This document shows positions 47,101-54,393 of a DNA stretch of 64,000 nt, one piece after another (the stretch's first letter is position 1; each line of letters starts with the position of its first letter). This stretch comes from Spirosomataceae bacterium (lineage in GTDB: Bacteria; Bacteroidota; Bacteroidia; Cytophagales; 172606-1): assembly GCA_965248855.1 (NCBI GenBank), contig CBDFKQ010000004.1, positions 243,342 to 307,341 of the forward strand. Direction: 5' to 3'. Below the pieces are notes generated by a model. That model was not told the origin of the DNA and ran no database searches. It saw only the letters and a list, made by a program, of their open reading frames with translations. The position numbers were made by a program, and so were the translations under genes.

Positions 47101-47790
47101 TTATAAAATTTGTTTTAATTCATTCAGGTTTTTGATTTCAAAGGTGGGCGTTGAGTTGTGTGGTTTTACAAAGGGATTATAAAAAACTGTATCAATTCCG
47201 GCATTTTTTGCACCAATTATGTCAGATTCTATTGTATCACCAATCATTATACTATTTTCAATGTTTGCTTTGGATTGGCTTATAGCATATTCAAACATTT
47301 CAATTTCAGGTTTTTTAAAACCCGAAATACAGGAAGTAAATACGTTTTTAAAATAATGATGTATTTTACTTGATTTTAACTTTATGAATTGTGTATCTGA
47401 AAAGCCATTGGTGATGATATGGAGATGATAATTTTTATCGCTCAAATAATCTAATATTTCTATTGCAAATGGCATTAAATGGGGCTTTTGGGGAGTTTTA
47501 CTTAAATATTCATCAGCAAACTCTTCAGGGCGATAAAAATTTATAAAGTCTTTAAAAACAAGATTAAATCTTTTATTTCGTAAATCTGCCTGAGAAATTT
47601 TACCAATATTATATAAATCCCAAAGGTTATTATTAATGCTGTGAAAGTTTTGAAGAAAAACTTCTAGAGGCTCTTCGGTAAATTGATTTAAATTATATTT
47701 TACAAATAATTCTGAAAGTGTTTCATTGGCATTTCGTTCAAAATCCCAAAGAGTATGGTCTAAATCAAAAAAAATATGTTCGTATGCCAT
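47101..47790 (-). CDS. HAD-superfamily hydrolase (YjjG-like nucleotidase subfamily)
   Basis: DxD motif FDLDHTLWDF, ITNG and IGDTIESDIIGAKNAG. Confidence 0.85.
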   Translation of the reverse strand: MAYEHIFFDLDHTLWDFERNANETLSELFVKYNLNQFTEEPLEVFLQNFHSINNNLWDLYNIGKISQADLRNKRFNLVFKDFINFYRPEEFADEYLSKTPQKPHLMPFAIEILDYLSDKNYHLHIITNGFSDTQFIKLKSSKIHHYFKNVFTSCISGFKKPEIEMFEYAISQSKANIENSIMIGDTIESDIIGAKNAGIDTVFYNPFVKPHNSTPTFEIKNLNELKQIL

Positions 47791-47954
47791 TAAATCTTAA
47801 TTGATTATATATTGCTTTAAATGCTTTATTTGATTTAAATTTAACATCCCTTTTTTAATCTTTAATATAAGATATATATACAGTTCTCAAAGGTATAAAA
47901 GAAGTAATCATATTTTAAACTGTTTTGTTTTTGAAAAATAAAAAATTATAAATA

Positions 47955-47991
47955 ATTATGAGTTTATCGATATCTATATATTCATAATTTA
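47955..47991. repeat. dispersed AT-rich intergenic repeat, copy B
   Basis: attatgagtttatcgatatctatatattcataattta matches copy A at 35 of 37 positions. Confidence 0.6.
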
Positions 47992-48114
47992 ATTTCTAGT
48001 TTGCTTACTTTAAAAGTAGATCTTCGGGAAACATAAATTATCCATGATTTATTGATTTATATTCTTCACTTGCTTTCTATTATTTTTAATAGTAATATAT
48101 TTCCTGAAGGGAAT

Positions 48115-48169
48115 GAGTTATTTAAATATTCTTTATTGAATTTTTCAATAAAGAATATTTAAATAACTC
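48115..48169. repeat. perfect palindrome (26-bp arms, 3-nt loop)
   Basis: gagttatttaaatattctttattgaa ttt ttcaataaagaatatttaaataactc. The arms are exact reverse complements. Confidence 0.9.
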
Positions 48170-48261
48170 AAAAAGTGTCAATGAAAACACTTAACATTAA
48201 GAAAGATTATCAGTACTTTGATTCTTCAAGAAGATAATTACAATTTACTTTATGTGTGATA

Positions 48262-48306
48262 AAAAAAAGAAGGGTTGCCTTGTATCAAGCAACCCTTCTT
48301 TTTTTA
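48262..48306. terminator. bidirectional terminator-like hairpin in the gene desert
   Basis: agaagggttgccttg / caagcaacccttct stem, flanked by A8 upstream and T7 downstream. Confidence 0.6.
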
Positions 48307-48329
48307 TTAATCAATATCTATTTATTAAA

Positions 48330-48450
48330 GATCACTTTCTCCTTATAATCAGCTTGGGTTCTGGAGCGAAGGGAGCCAATTCCGAATGCTGTCCGCGCAC
48401 AAACCCCGCCGGAATTTCAGTCTTACATCTTCTAATTCTTGTTTTTTTTA
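48330..48450 (-). ncRNA. candidate small RNA or decayed gene fragment (GC-rich island)
   Basis: A ~120-nt stretch clearly more GC-rich than its surroundings (ggttctggagcgaagggagcc...gtccgcgcacaaaccccgccggaatt) with a 7-bp palindromic stem aattccg/cggaatt. On the minus strand the 48262-48306 terminator follows it. No known RNA family recognised. Confidence 0.2.
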
Positions 48451-48522
48451 CATAATAGATTACGTAATACTATATGCCTATTTCAATAATCGGGTAAAGA
48501 TGAATGTGGATTTTTATTAGAT

Positions 48523-48559
48523 ATTATGAATATACCGATATTGATAAATCGATAATTAT
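48523..48559. repeat. dispersed AT-rich intergenic repeat, copy C (reverse orientation)
   Basis: The reverse complement, ataattatcgatttatcaatatcggtatattcataat, matches copy B at ~32 of 39 positions. Confidence 0.55.
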
Positions 48560-48630
48560 AAATAAATTTTTTGTGATTTGATTTCAATGTTGTTTAGCTA
48601 AACGCAAGAAGGGCAGATTTTTTTAAATCC

Positions 48631-48670
48631 AATTTATCAAAATATCAATATTGATAAAACGATATTAATA
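48631..48670. repeat. dispersed AT-rich intergenic repeat, copy E (degenerate)
   Basis: aatttatcaaaatatcaatattgataaaacgatattaata contains the tttatcaa / atcaatat / gataaaacgata submotifs. Confidence 0.35.
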
Positions 48671-48906
48671 TCACAAAAATCTTTTTAATCCTATTCCGAA
48701 AAAAATACCATTAAATAATTTCATATTTAAGCAAATCCAATTTAACATAATTGTAAGTCTTAATTATTTTGTGTGCAACGCCGGTTAATTAAGTTGTTAA
48801 CAGAATAAAAATTCCTCTCTTTATAAATTTATTGTTATCCAATCTTCAAATTCCTATTTTTACATTTTTCTTTGAGTAAATAAATTTTAAAATACTTTTC
48901 CATAAA

Positions 48907-50772
48907 ATGTCGGATAATAAAAGTGTAGTGTATGATGAAAGCAGTATTCGTTCTTTGGATTGGCGCGAACATATTCGCTTAAGACCCGGAATGTATATTG
49001 GCAAATTAGGTGATGGAACAGCACAGGATGACGGAATTTATGTATTGGTAAAAGAAGTTATTGATAATTGCATTGATGAACATACCATGGGCTTTGGTAA
49101 AGTTATCGATGTGGAAGTAACAGACCATCATGTAAAAATAAGGGATTACGGACGCGGAATACCATTAGGTAAAGTAGTAGATGTAGTTTCAAAAATAAAT
49201 ACCGGCGGTAAATATGATTCGGGCGCCTTTCAAAAATCTGTTGGGTTGAACGGTGTGGGTACAAAAGCGGTAAATGCATTGTCAGCGCATTTTAAAGTGC
49301 AATCCTTTAGAGAAGGTAAAACAAAATTGGCTGAATTTGAACAGGGAATTTTAAAAAATGATCCGAAAGAAGGAGAAAGTAAAGAAAAAAATGGAACACT
49401 CGTTATTTTTGAACCTGACGAAACTATTTTTAAGCATTATCATTTTATTCCTCAGTTTTTAGAAGAACAAATTTGGAATTATGCTTATTTGAACTCCGGG
49501 TTAACAATTGTTTTCAACGGACAAAAATATTTTTCACCCAACGGTCTTCTGGATTTATTAAACAGAAAAATTGATGAAGAAAGCAAACGTTATCCCATCA
49601 TTCACCTAAAAGGTGAAGACATAGAATTTACATTAACCCACGGCAGTGCCTATGGTGAAGAATATTATTCGTTTGTAAACGGACAATATACCACTCAAGG
49701 CGGAACGCATTTGCAGGCTTTTAGAGAAGCTTTTTCGACAACAATAAAAGATTTTTTTAAAGGAAAATACGAAACGACTGATATTCGTTCTTCAGCTGTT
49801 GGTGCAATTTCAATAAGAGTTCAGGAACCTGTTTTTGAATCGCAAACGAAAACAAAATTAGGTTCTCAAAATATGGCACCGGAAGGGCCATCAGTACGGG
49901 GCTTTATTGTAGATTTTCTTAAACGATCTTTAGATGATTACCTGCATAAAAATAAAAACGTAGCCGATGCACTTGAAAAACGCATACAGCAATCGGAAAG
50001 GGAAAGAAAAGAAATTGCGGGAATAAAAAAACTGGCCAACGAAAGGGCAAAAAAAGCTGCATTACATAATAAAAAATTACGCGATTGCCGTATTCATCTT
50101 ACCGATATAAAAGATGATTTGCGTTACGAATCCACTTTATTTATTACCGAAGGAGATTCTGCAAGTGGTTCTATTACAAAAGCTCGAAATGTGCAATTGC
50201 AAGCAGTATTTAGCTTGAGGGGTAAACCATTAAACTGTTATGGTTTGACAAAGAAAATAGTTTATGAAAACGAAGAGTTTAATCTTTTGCAACATGCTCT
50301 CGATATTGAAGATGGTTTGGAAACACTAAGATTTAATAAAGTAGTAATCGCTACTGATGCTGATGTGGATGGAATGCACATACGTTTACTTCTTCTCACT
50401 TTTTTCTTACAATTTTTCCCCGATCTAGTTCGAAACGGGCATGTTTATATTTTAGAAACACCTTTATTTAGGGTTAGAAATAAAAAAGAAACGATTTATT
50501 GTTATACCGATCCTGAAAGAAGGAACGCAATTGAAAAACTGGGGCCAAAACCGGAAATTACACGTTTTAAAGGATTGGGTGAAATATCACCGGATGAATT
50601 TGGAAATTTTATTGGAGAAGATATCAAGTTGGAACCTGTTATTTTACAACAGGATACCTCCATCCCTAAAATTTTATCATATTACATGGGTAAAAATACG
50701 CCGGACAGGCAATTGTTTATTATAGAAAATTTAAAAGTAGAAAAGGATTTAGAAGAGGTTATTTTAGCATAA
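48907..50772 (+). CDS. parE: DNA topoisomerase IV subunit B (type IIA topoisomerase ATPase subunit)
   Basis: 621 aa. GHKL ATPase [16 protein letters not shown] and [18 protein letters not shown] / [11 protein letters not shown]. The short length favours ParE over GyrB. Confidence 0.85.
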   Translation: MSDNKSVVYDESSIRSLDWREHIRLRPGMYIGKLGDGTAQDDGIYVLVKEVIDNCIDEHTMGFGKVIDVEVTDHHVKIRDYGRGIPLGKVVDVVSKINTGGKYDSGAFQKSVGLNGVGTKAVNALSAHFKVQSFREGKTKLAEFEQGILKNDPKEGESKEKNGTLVIFEPDETIFKHYHFIPQFLEEQIWNYAYLNSGLTIVFNGQKYFSPNGLLDLLNRKIDEESKRYPIIHLKGEDIEFTLTHGSAYGEEYYSFVNGQYTTQGGTHLQAFREAFSTTIKDFFKGKYETTDIRSSAVGAISIRVQEPVFESQTKTKLGSQNMAPEGPSVRGFIVDFLKRSLDDYLHKNKNVADALEKRIQQSERERKEIAGIKKLANERAKKAALHNKKLRDCRIHLTDIKDDLRYESTLFITEGDSASGSITKARNVQLQAVFSLRGKPLNCYGLTKKIVYENEEFNLLQHALDIEDGLETLRFNKVVIATDADVDGMHIRLLLLTFFLQFFPDLVRNGHVYILETPLFRVRNKKETIYCYTDPERRNAIEKLGPKPEITRFKGLGEISPDEFGNFIGEDIKLEPVILQQDTSIPKILSYYMGKNTPDRQLFIIENLKVEKDLEEVILA

Positions 50773-50798
50773 GTGAATTAAAATCAAGTAATGATAAT

Positions 50799-51773
50799 TT
50801 ATTTCTTTTTATAAAAATAAAGGGTTTGAGAACTTGTACTTGATCTTTCACTAAAGGTAAAAAAACCGCTTTGATCTGTATTGAAACAAATAGCTTCGCC
50901 TTGAGGCTCAATATAATATGGTAAAGTTTGCGGGGTTGTTTTAATGAGGTCAAGGATGGTTTGGTTGCCGCTTTTTTTCCAATAAAAAATTTGAGTCTTG
51001 GTTTTTATTACCATTTCATTTCCATCCGGAGAAATATCGCCTGCGGTTACAAAACTTAGTGGAAGAACAGCAATTTTTTTCATCATCGCAGCTTTTTTTA
51101 AATCCTGAGGGTAAGTAGCGATATAAATGCATGCAGCATCTTCTTTGCTGACCAAATAAATATCTTTCGTTATTGGATCTATTAAAAGGGCCTCAACATT
51201 TTTTGGTCCATCGGGTAAGGTCAATTCAATTTTATCAATATTTTTGATATCTTCTATTACAGGAAAGTTTTTTCCGTTAATGTCAGGCTCTGGAAATCGA
51301 TAAACGTATTTTGATGGATATTGTAATTTATTATCTCCGGTTTCTGATACATATACATAACTTACACCTGCCAGAGGGCCCGGGGCAACCGATAAATCTT
51401 CCCAATCATTATTACTAACACCCGATAATGTAAAATAACCTTTAATTTTACCATTTTGATCAATTAACTGAACAGCATTAGGGTTTTTAGAATCTTCTTC
51501 GACCCACAATAAGTCTTTATTAGTTTTACTTTCACCAATACCCGATGCTTCGTTTAAGGTATCGTTAGTAACAGTTGCCAAACTTTGCGGTGACAATGCA
51601 TAAGAAGTATTAACTGCAAGATTGTTGGGTTGGTAACTCGCGATAAAAAAAGAATCCTTTTTAATTATTACAATACTGTCTTTTTTAATTACCGAAATAG
51701 AATTTTCTTTTTTACAAAAAGAAAATAAAAAACATAAAAACAAAATGGTTATTGAAGAAAAAGTATTTTTCAT
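50799..51773 (-). CDS. hypothetical lipoprotein, possible beta-propeller (phytase-like / SdiA-regulated-like fold)
   Basis: Lipobox LFSFC. Pattern EASGI...LWVEEDS...DWEDLSV...YVSETGDN resembles that family only loosely. Confidence 0.4.
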   Translation of the reverse strand: MKNTFSSITILFLCFLFSFCKKENSISVIKKDSIVIIKKDSFFIASYQPNNLAVNTSYALSPQSLATVTNDTLNEASGIGESKTNKDLLWVEEDSKNPNAVQLIDQNGKIKGYFTLSGVSNNDWEDLSVAPGPLAGVSYVYVSETGDNKLQYPSKYVYRFPEPDINGKNFPVIEDIKNIDKIELTLPDGPKNVEALLIDPITKDIYLVSKEDAACIYIATYPQDLKKAAMMKKIAVLPLSFVTAGDISPDGNEMVIKTKTQIFYWKKSGNQTILDLIKTTPQTLPYYIEPQGEAICFNTDQSGFFTFSERSSTSSQTLYFYKKK

Positions 51774-51802
51774 TATTATTTGTATTAAAAATTAATTCCT
51801 TA

Positions 51803-52756
51803 TTAATTGCCTTTAATTAAAAGCTGTTCGGTTTTAAATAAACTTTCAGAAGTAGGATCGAATATTATTTTTACTGCATGCATATCCTGTTCACCAAATA
51901 CCTGAACTCTTGTAAAGTTTTCCAAAACTTTTTTAGTTTTAGCATCCTTTAAAATAGGTTTGTCTACAATATATTTATGCGAATCGCCATTTACCAACAG
52001 AACAGGTTTTTGAAAATCAATCGTTAATTTTTTAAGGGCAGCAATGATATGTTTAAAGCCGGATGCCTCTTTATCCGCGTTGAACATATCAGCCTGAGTA
52101 AAAATCACAACACCTTTACTGTTGTTTTGACTTGCGTTTTTAAAAACTTCATCAAGCCAGGCAAGGTTGGCTGCATCTCTTTCAAAAAACTCTTTATTAT
52201 AATTTTTACTATCGGCAACAAGGTTATTGTTAGTACCTGAAGTATTAAGAGTGGCAAAAGAAATAGTATTGTAATCCCACCTTCGGTTTTCAACAAATTT
52301 AGAAAAATCTTTATTTTCTGATTGTGAGATAAGAGTTAGCTTTTCTTTTCCAAAACTTTTATTGTCTTTAAAGAAGGTTTTTCTAATTACTTCAAGCCTT
52401 TCTTCCGGGTCATAACTTCCGGCTTCTTCTTTATTACAATCATTCCATTCATTATCGCCGGGTGTATATATTAAGGGTTTATTAAATTGCTCAAAGTAGC
52501 CATGTATTTTGTTATAATATTCTTCTGTACACTTTGTTTTACTTGATTTTATATCGCCTACATGAACATTAAATGCTTGGTTTTGTGTATTTACAGTCTT
52601 TATTAGGTTTTCAAACCTTGCATAATCTTCAGGAAGAAAATATGGCATATCACCGAAGGTAATTATGGAGAAAGTTTGATCTTTTTTTGTTTGAGAAAAG
52701 GCTTTTGGCAAATTAATTATTGAAAAAAACAAAAAGAAGTAAAAAATACTTTTCAT
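51803..52756 (-). CDS. secreted calcineurin-like metallophosphoesterase
   Basis: Signal peptide plus FGDMPY, VGDIKS, PGDNEWNDC and NGDSH motifs. Confidence 0.8.
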   Translation of the reverse strand: MKSIFYFFLFFSIINLPKAFSQTKKDQTFSIITFGDMPYFLPEDYARFENLIKTVNTQNQAFNVHVGDIKSSKTKCTEEYYNKIHGYFEQFNKPLIYTPGDNEWNDCNKEEAGSYDPEERLEVIRKTFFKDNKSFGKEKLTLISQSENKDFSKFVENRRWDYNTISFATLNTSGTNNNLVADSKNYNKEFFERDAANLAWLDEVFKNASQNNSKGVVIFTQADMFNADKEASGFKHIIAALKKLTIDFQKPVLLVNGDSHKYIVDKPILKDAKTKKVLENFTRVQVFGEQDMHAVKIIFDPTSESLFKTEQLLIKGN

Positions 52757-52783
52757 AATAATATTTGAGTTTATGAATTAAAA

Positions 52784-52823
52784 AAATCGCCGGAAAATAT
52801 TTAAATATTTTTCCGGCGATTTT
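52784..52823. terminator. terminator hairpin between the lipoprotein and phosphoesterase genes
   Basis: aaatcgccggaaaatatt / aatattttccggcgattt, a ~18-bp stem. Confidence 0.7.
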
Positions 52824-52846
52824 GTAACATTATAGTTTAAAAATAT

Positions 52847-54307
52847 TTAGTGTTGATTTCCTGTTCCATCACTAGGATACGCACCCAAATCTTTATTTGG
52901 AAGAGTAATTCCATAAGTTGTACTGGCACCGAAGTTATCACTCACAGGAACTACTGATAGTGGACTAAAAGATGTGTACCCCTTACCCAATGCCGGAGAA
53001 GAAGGTTTTAAATGAAAATCAAAACCTGTTGCATAAGAAATACTGCTTAATGTACCACCTGATTGCGGTAATGGAAAGTTTACAAATTGTGGATTAGTGC
53101 CCGAAGCTTGAACGGCTTTTGTTCCATCATAAACTTGACCAACTTGATAATTGGCAGGTAAATATGATGTTGGTAATGGAAAATCTGTTGCTTGAGGAAA
53201 GGTATAAAAGCCAACAGGGTAAATTTGATTAGCCACTGTTACTGAATCTGTATAATTTAAATTATATCCATAATGGTTCCTTAAACTTGCAGTATCAGCA
53301 ACTACTAAAGCATTACCATTATAATTTTTTGTTGCGCCAACTATTCTTAAACCATATTTACAATTTACCATAATATTATTATAGGCATTACCTTTTGCAC
53401 CTTCTTCAAAATTCATAGAACCACCTCTACCAGATTCATTTCTTCTAAATCCACAATTCACCATGGTATTATTATACATATAAATATTTGTTTGGGTTGC
53501 AGTAACGCCTTTATTAGAAGCTTTTGGTCCATTTGTACCTGAACCAATAAATAAATTATAAGCAACATTACCCACTGTATTTCCTTTAATATTTATACAT
53601 TCTCCACCCTGAAAACCGCTTTTTTCAAAGGTGTTTCTCATAATGTTTATTTTACCACCTTGAACTCGAATAGGATCGTCCACACCACCATAAACCCAAG
53701 AATCTTCTAAAATAAATATTCCCTTAGGTGAATCAAAAGTAATCATCCATGCAGTTTGTCCATTCTTTACACCGCTAATTGGTGTAGTAGCAATTGTATT
53801 GCCTCCATATTCTACATGTGTCCATTTAAGCACTAATGATTTGCAAGATGTATCACACAAAATCCCTCCCCAAGGAGTTATCCCGGAGCTAACTTGACCA
53901 TATGCAGGATCAGGGCCTGCAGGAGCACCTTGAGTATCTGTCTTCTTTACACCTTCTATTGAGATATAGTTCTGTTTAGCTTTAATTCCTAATGATAGAA
54001 GTGTTCCTTTTACAACTAAGTTATAATTTCCTTTGAAATAAATTTTTGCCCCGGGTTGTAAGAGAAGAGTATCTAATGCATTTATATATGTATCACCGGT
54101 AATATAATAAGAAGAATCACTTTTCATATAACCCTTTATTGAACCTGAAACAGGATTACCTACTCCCGATTTTACAGGCTGGCCTACCTTGAAATACGCT
54201 ACAGATACATTTGTATTATCTGTGCTTTTACAAGAAAATATACCAATTCCGAGCATAAAGATAATTGCAGCACACATTAATTGTTTTGAACAATTCACTT
54301 GTTTCAT
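52847..54307 (-). CDS. surface lipoprotein with predicted right-handed beta-helix repeats
   Basis: Lipobox GIFSC. Repeated G/N-rich ~22-25-aa segments (NIMRNTFEKSGF, NLFIGSGTNG, NNTMVNCGF, NNIMVNCKYG) are typical of parallel beta-helix proteins. It lies immediately downstream of a TBDR. Confidence 0.5.
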   Translation of the reverse strand: MKQVNCSKQLMCAAIIFMLGIGIFSCKSTDNTNVSVAYFKVGQPVKSGVGNPVSGSIKGYMKSDSSYYITGDTYINALDTLLLQPGAKIYFKGNYNLVVKGTLLSLGIKAKQNYISIEGVKKTDTQGAPAGPDPAYGQVSSGITPWGGILCDTSCKSLVLKWTHVEYGGNTIATTPISGVKNGQTAWMITFDSPKGIFILEDSWVYGGVDDPIRVQGGKINIMRNTFEKSGFQGGECINIKGNTVGNVAYNLFIGSGTNGPKASNKGVTATQTNIYMYNNTMVNCGFRRNESGRGGSMNFEEGAKGNAYNNIMVNCKYGLRIVGATKNYNGNALVVADTASLRNHYGYNLNYTDSVTVANQIYPVGFYTFPQATDFPLPTSYLPANYQVGQVYDGTKAVQASGTNPQFVNFPLPQSGGTLSSISYATGFDFHLKPSSPALGKGYTSFSPLSVVPVSDNFGASTTYGITLPNKDLGAYPSDGTGNQH

Positions 54308-54393
54308 GATGTTGATTAATTAAGTTTGAATAAATTAATTATTAATTTCTCCCTATTATTAAATATAATCCTCAGGGAGTTTTAAGAATTATA

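Noticed and set aside
48330-48450. Assignment of the GC-rich island to a known RNA family (SRP RNA, TPP, c-di-GMP-I, fluoride or cobalamin riboswitch, RNase P, tmRNA).
   Set aside because: The defining conserved motifs are absent on both strands. These include GGAAGCAGCC for SRP, CUGAGA for TPP, the B12 box and GAGGAAAGUCC for RNase P.
48252-48455. A 67-aa ORF spanning the orphan terminator and the GC island.
   Set aside because: It reads straight through a strong hairpin plus T-run, has no RBS or promoter context, and gives a nonsensical low-complexity translation.
47791-48906. The possibility that the gene desert is the chromosomal replication origin. It is AT-rich, has a palindrome, and has TTATC-containing repeats and near-DnaA-box 9-mers at about 48040, 48505 and 48835.
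   Set aside because: There is no perfect TTATCCACA box, and the candidates each have 2 mismatches. The TTATC-type repeat also occurs at 3.2, 21.6 and 29.9 kb. No dnaA or dnaN gene is nearby, and GC skew cannot be assessed from one window. I kept it only as a check suggested under the desert finding.
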